Program-made: the position numbers and the translations under genes | In this document: positions 1 to 12,720 of the stretch, piece after piece | Layout of the letters: every line of letters begins with the position of its first letter | Numbering within the stretch: the stretch's first letter is position 1 | DNA from: Bugula neritina | Lineage: Eukaryota; Animalia; Bryozoa | Direction: 5' to 3' | Length of the DNA: 64,000 nucleotides | Assembly (NCBI GenBank): GCA_964035545.1 | Contig: OZ037770.1 | Location: forward strand, 11,800,463 to 11,864,462 | Notes under the pieces: model-generated | Told to the model about the DNA's origin: nothing | The model's input: only the letters and a program-made list of their open reading frames with translations | The model's database searches: none

Positions 1-197
1 GTGCTGTTGTAATATTTGTTAGATATTAAAATTCTCTTTACATATAAGTATTGATTTATTAGGAATAGTTGTTTTGTAGCATTATTACTGCAGCTACTAT
101 TAATCTTCAACTCAAAAGGCACCAATGTTCAATATCCAATGTCTAGTTTAATTGTTTCTGAAAGCAAATTGAACACAAGAGTTGTCTTTTCACTTAC

Positions 198-1108
198 CTC
201 CTAAATACTCGTAGCAAATTGTGTTATCTTCATTGAATAGCAAAAATGTGTAGTGTTTTGGATCTTCGGCGCTGTCGTTACCGCTCTGAGTGCTTTTAAA
301 TTGAAAAAGTTCATAACGCATTTTAGCAGTTAACACAATTGAGCAAACACATTATTTTTCTAACAAATATCATATGCTAGATAAAATTTCAAACTTTTAA
401 AAATGTTAGGCATATGCATAAATTGTTGACTGCAAAGTGTGCTGTTACAATCACACACACGCACACACACAGCACACATAGCACACGCACACACACGCAC
501 ACACACACGCAGACACATGTGGACACATGCAGACACAATCTCAAGCATTGCCACATACTATATATGTTTATAATTTACGTGCATATTTTATTATATATAA
601 TCTACTTACAAAGCGCTGGTTGGTAAAACACCGGCACTATCAAGTGCCTGAAAAACCTGTTCAGCTTCAGTCGGACTCTGGACAGTAGCTGGGTAATAAT
701 AAGGAGTAGGACCATAATCATAGCAGTCTGTATTTGGGTTGTTTCCAGCACTACCATATCCAACACAGCTCAACGAGACTGATCCAGTGCTTGCCAAAGT
801 AACTGCTGCATTTTTAGTTGGATCGCATGCTTCTGCATAGAAATATTCTTAGCTATTAAACTTGAACACATTATTTTTCTAGTTTACAACAGCTATACAT
901 AGAAGCAGGTAAAATACTGTCTTTCTACATTATGCATGCCAGTAAAAATATTAGTATAAAATAATTTTTTTCAGATTTATATTAACTTAGAGTTAAAACC
1001 CATTTTTTCACATAAAACTATTTTGCAAATTCTATCAAAATTCACTTTAGAACCACTTCGTTAAGGGTAAGTATTGTGCTTTGTGTTCATGATCACATAT
1101 TTTTGCAA

Positions 1109-1207
<99 letters not shown>

Positions 1208-4200
1208 ATAATATATATCAGTATATACAGTTGTATATACTGATATATATATACAACTGTATATATTAGCAGCATAACTTTTAAAAAAGGGCATATGCAA
1301 GTTATCAAACTATGACTAGGCTAAAATTAAAGTACATTTGAAACAATATTCTTTCACAATTTTGCTAAAAGTTATCCCTAGTTTACCAGACATTAAGCTT
1401 TGATTTCTAAATCTGTTTCGTAAAACAAGGTTTAAAATTAACAATACTACAAAATTAATTTTCTATGAAATACAACTATAATTATACATTGCTAATATTA
1501 TATTATAAACGGCTGATCTGAATAATAAAATAAAAACAGCTGAAAGTCTATATATTTGAATTTAAAAAAAGCAGCTGGCAAAAGTACGAAATAAAACATT
1601 TTGCAGATCATAAATCATGAATCTCAAACAGAAATTACTTTTTCATAAAAAAAGTCATATTCAAAATTATATAAAAGTAGAATAAAATAAAAGGGTCTTG
1701 CAATGTAAAAATTGTAAGATTTTGCACTTATTTAGTTGTAAATATGATAAAAAAGGGTTTGGGTGCAAAGCTGGTAATATTAGTTGCTTGAACTTTTTCA
1801 AAATAATAAGTCAGTGACAATTGATTGCATTTCAAAGCCCACACAGAAACAGCAGTATTCAAAAGTGGATCTCAAGTTTGGTTAAGAAAAATTGTTTAAG
1901 TGCTTGAGCAAATAGTGCTTGTCTCAAATTGAGTTTTTATGAATACAATATTTGATTGCAGCAGCATTAAATGCAATTTTTTTATCTTTTGTGAGAAATT
2001 TAAACAAATATCTGTACATGATTTATAAAATGAAATATATATTTTTAATACTACTCTATAATTATTCAGGCTCATTACTTATTTAATAGAATTTGAAAAG
2101 AAACAATATCATTGTTGTATGAATAATTAGTTGAAAAATTAGATTTGTAAGTCATACTTGACAAAACTATTCAATTTCATACAACAAAACCAGCCAAAAT
2201 AACTTGGCAGCAATTATACCTATGATATTTTTTATTTTTAGAAGTATTTCACATAAGTTGAAGCTGAAAAAATATTTTCAAAGTAATAAATTAAAAGTGG
2301 GAAGATGTTGAAACTTACCATGAGAAGCTTCTATATTGCCTAAAAATAAATACAGAAAAGAGAATTACTAAAAGTAAAACATCATACAATTAACAAATTA
2401 GAAAACTTGTAGTTTATTGTTACTTCTTGTAAATAGCTGTAATTGGTCATTATATTTGTACAATTTACCCAAATCCCCAAAACTTTAATTAGTGTCAAGA
2501 AGAACTACACTAATTGTAGTATTATGTTTTGTAAAACTTGACTGCCATTTTCACATTCAATTTATTTTAATTATAGGCTTTTTAACTAAACTTTAGGGTA
2601 TGGTATAAAATGTGACTTGTTATGGTTTTAAAATAACGGTATATAAGTAATAACGTAACTTCAGACAAAGGGAACATGCAAATTATAGAATTATGACTTA
2701 TAGGTTAAAACTAAAATTATGTGATTCAAATAAAATACATTTAAAACAACATACATGCAGGATTATCATTAAAATGTTTAGTTTACCAGATTTTAAAAAG
2801 TTTTGAAATTTTTCCATTTTATGTTAAGTTTTGCAAACACAATTTTAAAATACTAATAAAAAGATGCTCGAACATGAAGATTGTAAAACTTTGTAGCATC
2901 TGTGCATTGTTATATATGTGAGTTTAGGAGTATAATCATTATTTGTTAAAGTTTACGGATTTCAGTTCTTTAAAAGAGATCAATTCCAAGGAAACATTTT
3001 TTGGAAGTTGCATTATAGCAAAAAGCATTTCCAGACTATGAATTTGTGAAGCATTGCCCAATCAATATATTCTGCCATAATAAAACAAATGAAACTAAAA
3101 ATTGAACACAACAAGATAGCTTTTTAACTGAAATGGATTTGTAGGCTATTGTTTATGTTGACAGTTTAATATTTCATGTTGAATTCATACAATTTAGTAA
3201 TCATATTAGCACAAAAAAGAATATTTGACTGCGAATTGCTTCTTGGTAATAAAAACTGGCAGACAGAAAATAATTACTGTATGTATACAAGGCATACCGC
3301 CACACGACTACAGGATAGCAAGCGAGTAGAGAAAGTGAAAGGGAGGATTTGTACAATACAGAAACAACATTCAGAATACCAGATTTCAGGCTGGTTGTAG
3401 TGGTCGAAGTTGTCGTGTTTGTAGGAAGTTTTGCAGATTTGGATGAAGAAACAATATCTGTAGTGGTGCTGGTGGCCAAGACATTTGGGGTCGTACTTAA
3501 TTTGCTTTCAGAACTAGCGGAGTGATTTTTAGTGATTGGATGCTCAGACGTAAAATATATATTGGTGCTAGATATAGTACTGGGTGACGCTGATCTATCA
3601 AAAACTGTGGATGTTGAATTGAATGACCTTGTTAAAGAGCTTTGTGATTGGCTGACAGTTTGTGTTGCGTTGAGAGCTTTTGAAGGTGTGGTCGTAAACA
3701 GTTCTGTCTTTCCTGTACTTAAATTATCTGTAGTACTGTGAAGAATTGTCATATTTAAAGTTTTTTTTTTGCCTACAGTTTCTACAGAACTGGCAGAGTC
3801 TGTAGTGCTAGAAGCATCTGCGGTGCTGTCAATTGTATTACCGGTGCCCGTTGTGCTAAACCTGTCAGCTGTGGTAATTGTGTTTGCTGCTGTACTAGTG
3901 TCTGTAGCAGTAGTAGTATCCTTATTACCTACAGCACTAGTAGTTGAACTGAACACTTTCTTTGTGCTACCAGCATATGTTGTACTGACTGTACTAGTTG
4001 GATTGAATATATTTGTTTTACTAAAAGTGTCAGTTGTACTACCAGCGTCTGTTGTACTAACAGCATCTGTTGTACTACTGAGTGTATTTTCTGTACTAGT
4101 AACGTCCGTGATAATATCAGTGAGTGTTGAGCTGCCAGTGTTTGTTGAGCTCAAGGTATTTATTTCACTAAAGGTTTTCTTTGCACTAGCACCTGTTTTA

Positions 4201-7200
4201 GTACTAGCAATATTTGTTGTACTTTCAGTGTTTGTGGAACCAAATAAAGCTGTCGTTGTAGAAAACTCAGCTATACTAATAGCATTCTTAGTACTAACAA
4301 TGTCTGCAGTGCTAAATGTGTTTACTTTGCTATCAATAGTAGTTGTACTAGCAGTGTTTTTAGCACTAGCTGTGTTGGTTGAACGTACAGAACTGACAGA
4401 GTCTGTAGTGCTGGAAGCATCTGTGGTACTGTCGATTGTATTACCGGTGCCCGCTGTGCTAAACCTGTCAGCTGTAGTAACTGTATTTGCTGCTGTAGTA
4501 GTGTCTGTAGCACTAGTAGTATCCTTATTACCTACAGCACTAGTAGTTGAACTAAGCCCTTTCTTTATGCTACCAGCATCTGTTGTACTGACTGTACTAG
4601 TTGGATTGAATGTATTTGTTTGAGTAACGGATTTTGTTGTGCTAACAGCATCTGTTGTGGTACCAGCGTCTGTTGTACTACTGAGTGCATTTTCTGTGCT
4701 AGTAATGTCCGTAATAGTATCAGTTAATGTTGAGCTGCCAGTGCTTGTTGAGCTGAAGGCTTTCTTTGCATCAACACTTAGTGTAGTACTAACAATAGTT
4801 TTTGTACTCTCGACGTTTGTGGAACCAAAGATATCTGTTGTTGTAGAGAAGTCAGTTATACCATTAGAACTTGTAGTGCTAGCACTGTCTGTAGTACTAA
4901 CTGAGTTTGTATTACGATCAGTACTAGTTGTACTAGCAGTATCTATAGCACTTACTGTGTCTGTTGAGCTTACAGCATTGGTTGTACTAATTGTGTTTGT
5001 TGTGCTAAAAAACTTTTCTTTACTGTTGGTATTCGTTGTCATAGCAGTATTTGAAGAGCTGCCTGTACTTGTTGCACTGAATGCTTTTGGTGTATTAGAG
5101 ATGGATGCTGCACTAAACATGTCTGTTGAGCTTACAGCATTGGTTGTACTAATTATGTTTGTTGTGCTAAAAAGTTTTTCTTTACTGTCGGTATTTGTTG
5201 CCGTAGCAGTATTTGAAGAACTGGCTGTACTTGTTGCACTGAATGCGTTTGGTGTATTAGAGAAGGATGTTGCACTGAACATGTCTGTTGAGCTTACAGC
5301 ATCGGTTGTACTGATTGTGTTTGTTGTGCTAAAAAGTTTTTCTTTACTGTCGGTATTTGTTGTCGTAGCAGTATTTGCGGCACCGGCTGTGTTTGTTGTA
5401 CTCGCAGCGTATGTTGTACTGAATGTACTTGGTGTACTAGCGAAATGTGACGTAAGAATAGGATTAGTAGTACTTGCTGTGTTTGGTGTACTAGAGGTGA
5501 ATGTTGCACTGAACATGTCTGTTGAGCTTACAGCATCGGTTGTACTGATTGTGTTTGTTGTGCTAAAAGGTTTTTCTTCACTGTCGGTATTTGTTGTCGT
5601 AGCAGTATTTGCAGGACCAGCTGTGTTTGTTGTACTCGCAGCGTAAGTTGTACTGAATGTAATTGGTGTACTAGCGAAATGTGACGTAAGAATAGGGTCA
5701 GTAGTACTTGCTGTGTTTGCTGTACTAGTGGTGTATGCTGCAGTGAATGTGTTTGTTGAATGCTCAAGATCTGTGGTGCTAATTGTTTGTGCCGTGCTAA
5801 AAAGTTTTTCTCTACTATCAATAGTTGTAGTGATGGCCGTTTCTGTAGCACTAGCTGTGTTTGTTGAGCTAAAGATATTTGGTTTACTAAAAGTTTGCTT
5901 TACACTACCACTTGGTGTAGTACTAGCGACACTTGTTGTAAGCTCACTGTTTGTGGAACCAAATATATTTGTCGTTGTAAAGAATCTAGTTGTACTAATA
6001 GAATTTGTAGTAATAGCAGTGTCTGTAGCACCAGCTGTGCTTGATGTACTAGAAATGTCTGCTGTACTTATTGGGGCTTTGCTGCTAGTGGTATGTGATA
6101 CAACCACAGGCTCTGTGGTACTTACTGTGTTTGCTGTGCTGGAGGTGTGTGTTGCACTTAATGTTTCTGTTGTAATTGTCGAACCTGTTGTACTTTCAGT
6201 GTTTGTGGTACTAAATATATCTGTAGTTGTAAAGAAGTCAGTTAGTCTAGCAGATTTCTTGGTACTAGCAATGTCTGTAGTACTAACTAAAGTTGCTTTA
6301 CTATCAGCAATAGTTGTACTATAAACAGTGTCTGTAGCACTAACTGTGTCTGTAGCACTTACAGTGCCTGTTGCAGTAGCAATTGTGTTTGTTTCACTTG
6401 CAATATTAAATACTTCACTAGCAGTGTATGTTGCACTAGGTGTGTCTGTATTACTAGCGAGACCTGTAATAACTTCACTGTTTACTGTACTAAAAGTACT
6501 GGCTATGTTTTTGGAACTGGGAACATCTGTTTTACCAAGAGTATGCTTTGACGTAACAGTATCTGTGGTACTACCAGTGTTTGCAGTAGTGGCACGTTCT
6601 ATTGTACTGGCTGTGTTTGTTAAATCAAAAGCCTCAGTTTCAAAACCAAACTTTGTTGTACTGAGAGCATTTGTAGGATTTGTAACATCTGTGGTACTTT
6701 TTATTGTGTTAAAAGCATTGAATGTAATAGTAGGCTCTGTAGTACTAATTGTGAATGTTGTAGTAGCAGCATTTGTAGTACTAGCAGTGCTTGGTGTAGT
6801 TGCCACATTTGCAGTACTGTAAGTGCTTGGTGTAATTGAAGCGCTTGTACTGCTAGCAGTGTTTGTTGTAGTTGCGTAATCGGTAATACTAGATGTGTCA
6901 GGCGTAGTTTCAAAATTTAATGTAGTTGCAGCATTTGTAGTACTAACAGCGTTTTGCGTAGTTGTGTAATCTGTAGTAGTAGAACTGTCTGATGTAGTTG
7001 CACCATCTATGGTACCAGCAGGGTTTGCTGTAGTTGCAGCATCTGTACTACTAGCAGTATTCGGTGTAGTTGCAACATCTAATGTAGTTGAAGTATCTGT
7101 AGCACTAACAGTGCTTACTGTAGTTGCAGCACTTGTGGTACTAGCAGCGCTTGATGTAGTTGCAGCGTTTGAAGTACTATAAGCGCTTGGTGTAGTTGCG

Positions 7201-8546
7201 GCATTTGTACTGCTAGCAACGACTATTGTAGTTGCAGCTCCTGTAGTACTAGAATCGCTTGGTGTAGTTGCTGCATTTGTAGTACTGGCAGTGTTTGGTG
7301 TAGTTGCAGCAGTTGTTGTACTAGCAGCGTTTTGTGCAGTTGTGTAATCTGTGGTACTAGAACTGTCTAATGTTGTTGCAATCGTTGGTGTAGTTGCACC
7401 ATCTGTAGTACTGGCAGCGCTTGGTGTAGGTGTGGCATTTGTAGTACTAGCAGTGTTTGTTGTAGTTGCAACATTTAGTTTAGTTAAAACATCTGTTGTA
7501 CTAGCAGTGTATGGTGTAGATGCAGTGTTTGTAGTACTAGCAGCATTTAGCGTAGTAGCAGAGTCTGCAGTTGTGCCATCTGATGAAGAGCTTGAACTGC
7601 CAACACCTTTATTAAATTTAGGAAATATCTACTAACATTTTATCTGCTATTATAAGTGAATGAATACGAATAATATATGACTTTTTCTTAGCAAAGTTTC
7701 TACAAAAGTTAGTCTATATTACATTTACCAAGTCAAAGGCTGAATTATTTTAATAATTAACAACCAAATTCGGAAATTGTCAAGATTATTTAATTATTGC
7801 TATAGTGCTTTTGGATAGAGCATTGAAACCGTTTCTTATATACTGTCAAAACATTTTAACCTTCATGGTATCTTTCTGCTGTACGATATGATGCAATTTT
7901 ATTTTCAATATATCCTGTAGTTCTAGAAATATCTTTTTCACTTAAGTAAATCATGCATGTGAGTATAAAATTCTCATATTCAGCTCAATTAGTTAACTAT
8001 TCTGAATAATTATTACAGCTGTTGTTCCAATCACTATGTTAATCGATACCATGTGGTTAAATATATAATATGACAAAAGATTCCCCTAAGAAATAATTGA
8101 AAATCAATAAAACAAACAATGACTCAAGTGGCTGAACTTTATAGCATTGAGAAGATGCCCTCTGAATCGTTTTACTGCTGTCATCATATGTTGATCTCTC
8201 TTTAGCTATTGCTAACTACATAAATGCATTTCAAAATAATTTCATTCATGTGAAGTATGACAGGTTATTTTTTGTTAAAATTTAGTCAATACCAGTTAAA
8301 AGAAATTTAATTAGCACAATATTTTAGAAACCAAACATTAGTTGTTAATATAACTTAAGCAGCAGTTTTCAAGACTGGAAAATTTAAAAAGTTGTAATGA
8401 AAACACTCGATTGTATTAGCTTGTGTAAAAAAAGATGGTTAGTAAATAAAAACCTCATTTTGTTCAGCAATGCAATTATAACACATACCTTGCATAAGAA
8501 GGATTACCAGCATGAAACTGGGGATGAACTTCCAGAAGGACATCAT
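198..8546 (-). CDS. Secreted mucin-like glycoprotein (signal peptide, ~1400-aa Thr/Ser-rich domain, Cys-containing C-terminal region); 3' end probably off-window
   Basis: Minus-strand exons: 8546-8489 ([20 protein letters not shown], signal-peptide-like); 7606-3380 (4227 nt, open throughout; the ORF track shows only 6806-3201 because there is no start codon further upstream); 2339-2319 (21 nt, GNIEASH); 832-610 ([27 protein letters not shown]...CYDYG...); 292-198 ([32 protein letters not shown]). All introns are GT-AG and phases are compatible (1,1,1,2,1). Confidence 0.85.
451..537. repeat. Imperfect (CA)n microsatellite in a mucin intron
   Basis: Interrupted CACACA run read directly; accounts for ORFs 360-554 and 414-626. 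Confidence 0.9.
1115..1204. repeat. (TA)n microsatellite
   Basis: ~90 bp pure TA run with a degenerate extension to ~1265. Confidence 0.97.
3380..7606 (-). repeat. Coding tandem-repeat array of the mucin exon
   Basis: Underlying ~6-aa STT-x-x-x period; ~12-aa [12 protein letters not shown]-like units near the N-terminus; 162-bp (54 aa) and 234-bp (78 aa) units (matching positions at 4960, 5122, 5284, 5518); a 603-bp (201 aa) duplication (3787 vs 4390). Confidence 0.9.
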
Positions 8547-11500
8547 CACGTTCTGGATTATCCAATCAATACTTCTTGGTTTAGAAAGTAGATATTTCAA
8601 TAGTAATCAGCTACAAAAAATGTCAAGGCTATTGTAAAAATAAAGGAAAATATTTTCTGCCTGCTTATAGCTGTAGAGAGAAACAAAGCTTCATATTTTG
8701 CTTTGAATATCTATATGCATGTCATTATCATTAAGCTTTTGTCCAAGTGATTTTGAGTTTAGCCGGTTGTACTTCATATTGTATAAAAAATACTATGATT
8801 TACTAGATTATTTGAATTTCAATTGATTGGTTAAAATAAGCAATTTCAATCTTTAACTTTAAGAAAGGTGCCAAAAATATCTAATATTACTGTAAGTGTA
8901 TTTCAAAAACAATGAAAAGTCAAAATTATTGACACCTAATAAAGCACCTACTTTGGCTATTATTTTATGCTCTCATAAAAACAACGCAATTAGCCTATTA
9001 ATAATCTTAAGGAATCAGTCGAAGACATTGCATAAGGCAAAAAACAATGTAATATAATCAATATACATTCTCTAATTACAACAAACATGAGGACAAATAA
9101 TTCCCTTCAAGAACGTGCATGCTGTGCATGATGGGATAAATAAATGTAAAATTTTCTGCTAAGTTTAGCTAAAGTGAACAATGATAAATTGACTATTTTT
9201 TATGAAAGGATCGTGAGCTTACTTAGTTATGTTGATAAACTCTAGTTACATTATGCCAACTGGAATTGATATTACAGCTTATAAATATTTCATAAGTTCT
9301 TTTGTCTAAATGCAAAGTAATATTATGCAAGCTTTTAAGTTATACTTGATATTTTTCTCTAAATATTATGGTAATGAAATATTTATACACAGCAAAATAG
9401 CATTGGAAAGAATGGGTACAGTCTGTTGTGTTAACTGTAACCATTAAAAGTGCTAGCCAAGTGAATAATATTTATTTCTCTAGTTGTATAATTTAGTGAA
9501 CAGTAATTAATATTTTCATATATCTCCTATACTATTAAATCTGCTAGCAATCAAGAACATGGTTTAATGAATATAAAACATTAAATTACTAAATTTAGAA
9601 AATTAGTAGTAAGACATCTGGAGGCTGTTTTTTGAAATATGCAGTTAAACTAAACCCTAACTGGTTTCTCAATAAATTTTGATTTAAAGAAAAAATATTA
9701 TATGATCAAAGTGTGAAACATCAGATGGTGAAAAATATGAAAATTTATACTTATCTAATAAGTGCAGAGTTTGCGTTGATATTCAATTTAGTTTGCAATT
9801 AAAAGAGATTTAAAAAACTGTACAATTTTTTTTTTGAAATATATCAATCTTAAAACATGGATCTCAGTAAATAATATTATATTACAGCAAAGGGTGTGTT
9901 GGTATATTAACTTATTTCGATGATTCTAAGCATCAAATACCATGCATGCTTGTAATGCAATCTATTGTAAACTATTGAAAAATTTCAAAATATTTCACAA
10001 AAATAATGTTATTGACTTTTAAAGTTAGAAGAGTTTTTTAATCATCAGCTAAACTCTTGAGAGAAAACACTTAAAACTCTTAAGGATATCTGGATAATGA
10101 AAAAAACTCTCTAAAGATATTGATTGCTGTGAAATATTTACATACTAAATAGTGTAATCACAACTCAGCTGTATAGTTTTGATCTCACAAACCTAAGAAA
10201 GTAATTTGAATTAAGGATGATCATTTCTTTTTCGCAAGTTAGATCACTTTGAACAGCTGGCTAGTTCATTTATTCTTTACATTCCTTTAATTTTTTACTT
10301 GCAAAGTAATTAAATATACAAGTAATATCACATTCACTCATGTATTCTCACAGCATTTGTTTGAGTCATTGCAGGTTTAATTACTTGTAATGTCTAGAGA
10401 AAATAATATAGAAGCCATGAAAAACTAGAACAAATTTTAGCGTCTATATAATGCCACAGGGCTCTTAGGGCAGGGCAACAGCCAGGAAGCAAGTCACAAA
10501 GTGGGTGGCTAAAAAAAAAAAGTAAATTGCATATATGTTATCCTTGTTTTGAATTTTTAATTCAGGTAGCAGTTTTAAACAGAAAAATATAGGATTATTA
10601 CATTAAATTTAATTATCGTAAATTTTAGAAATAAAACATAATGTAGTTATAGGTCTCTCTCTTTTTAGAAATAAAAATAAAGTTATTTTGAAAGTTCTCC
10701 TTAAAATGAAATGACTAAATGAATTTATTTCAAGAAGTTAAAAAGAATTTGTGTGAAATCTAAATTATTTGGAAAAAAGTACAGATATTATATGCAGATC
10801 TGATGAGGTTAAAACCATTGAGTAATCAGAATGACTAATTGATGCACTTATTTTAGTAAACAATGACAATCGCTATAATAGCTCATTTTTTAAATTTTAG
10901 TCAAACTTTTCATTAATGAGACATAATTAATGAATAATTTTACATACCTATCATTAATAGCAGTAGCATAGTTTAAAGAAAGGCTCTATTGCCTTAGGGA
11001 ACTCTCTAAAATGTATATGTGTATCTCCAACATGGATATTAAATCACAGAGATTTTCCTTATTGATATGGAAAACCTCTAATATACTCTAATGCTAGGCT
11101 ATGAAAGTTGCTCACTTTATATAGAAAAGCATAGAATATAATGCCTAAAACTTGGCAGTAGAACTTTGCTCCTAGTAATTTTATCTAAAAACTTGTTCAA
11201 CCTTGAAAAGTTGCTTACTGTGACTCTGATTTTTGTTATCTTTGCAAACATAATATTATAGTTTAAGCTGTTGGAATTATTTTGAAATGCAAAAGAGTCA
11301 TCACTCAAAAGTTTGTCATAAAAATTTATGGAATCTTTAAATGGAGGTAATTTCCAGGTTTTAACAAAAATCCGTAAGAGATACACTTTATAATATTGCC
11401 ATTTCTGATGCTTTTTAACGCACAGCCTTGTACTATTATCAGAATAAATAGCAAAAATCTATTAAATGTTATGTATAGACTAAACAACCATAGTTATATC

Positions 11501-12154
11501 TAAAATTAAAAAATATAAATACCTATGTTGTAAATTTTCCATGTTAAAACACTCAATTTTATACTAAACTTTTAACTCTACTTTTAAATCAAAGATTTTT
11601 TTAAATGCTTATCCTAAGCTGAAAAAGATAAAAATATATTGTCAAGTTAAACTTACTTTTACTAAATAAAGTTTCCACTGCTTAGTTCTTCTTGCCCTTT
11701 GTATTCTTAAAATATATAAATTAACAGTTGCTTTAAAAGACAACTTAATCCAAATACCATGCCTTTCAGGTTACACTTGATTATTATGCAAATTTAGTCG
11801 TTCTTACAGGCGAACCTCTTAGAAACGACGACTATTTACATACAATATTGAGTGCCATAAATAACAAATAGATATCATCTATGATAACTTCGAATCAATA
11901 CATCACAAAAGAAGCATCCAACTGTCTCCGTGTATCCACAAAGAGTAGAATTTATCAATAATAATTAATAATTAAAATAGAAAATGGCCGCCTACATGAG
12001 CCCCTTAAGTATCATTATCATACTGAGTACTCTTTAAATTAAAACTTTATAAATTAGTCAATATAATGAAAAACAAGTCTGTAATAAATATTTCTAGCTT
12101 TTCTTGCAAGAATTTTGTTTAAACAGAATAAAGTAATGCTTAAAAATACATTAC

Positions 12155-12318
12155 CTAACTGACATAATATGGAATAAAGATAAATAGCTTCTAACTGGGA
12201 AGCGTCCATCTGGGATGACACCTAATTTGAATATAATATATGTTTTCTGCTTGTTCACATTGTGTGTCTCGCCAAACTAATTCTTAGCTGGATAAAAGTA
12301 TACAAAGTTTAATTTATA
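12155..12318 (-). promoter_or_regulatory. Candidate TATA box and non-coding first exon of the mucin gene
   Basis: Minus-strand TATAAA at 12318-12313 and a donor AG|GTAA after 12155. The signal-peptide exon has an upstream acceptor near 8611, so a 5'UTR exon is expected. Confidence 0.3.
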
Positions 12319-12589
12319 TGTAGATGATATTTATGTGAGTATATAGTATATACCACAAAGTATATCTTTTGGTTATAAAGTCATATACTACAGTCAAATG
12401 TTTTATTGTACTAAACCACTTGATTACTCAGCCAACAAACATTTAAATTGACTGAAATATTTTAATGCCACAATAATATTTTTCAGGTTTTAGGATTAAT
12501 AAATAAATGAAAGAGCAACTTATCATAAATTGCTAAAGTTTGAGACTGTTTAGAAAAAGATACTTTAACCTAAGACAAACAAAGGCAGT

Positions 12590-12720
12590 TGTCATCCCTG
12601 ATGGGAAAAGCTTTTTTGAGCAAGACATATGGCCTTGTTTTATTTTGTTTCAAAGGAACTATTAAGACTGAATACTCGTCCTAACATCACCAATAGTTTT
12701 GCTGGGATTCGATCATCTTG
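12590..12720 (-). mobile_element. Degraded copy of the tRNA-derived SINE family
   Basis: Shares catccctg... and tcctaacatcaccaatag...ggattcga segments with the copy at 21590-22136. Confidence 0.6.

Noticed and set aside
129-157. Possible terminal mucin exon (ETIKLDIGY*)
   Set aside because: It would need a 40-nt intron (197-158), far shorter than any other intron here; the gene more likely continues off-window.
360-1308. Short ORFs with HTHT, VCVC or YIYI repeats
   Set aside because: They are translations of (CA)n and (TA)n microsatellites.
3201-3379. Hydrophobic C-terminal tail of ORF 3201-6806 as a TM anchor
   Set aside because: It is most likely read-through into the intron after the phase-1 donor at 3379, because downstream exons continue in frame; an intron-retention isoform cannot be excluded.
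3532-7635. Long Val/Leu-rich plus-strand ORFs (284, 335, 203, 164 aa etc.) that look like membrane proteins
   Set aside because: They are antisense shadows of the Thr/Ser-rich mucin codons, are broken by stops, and have no splice or start context.
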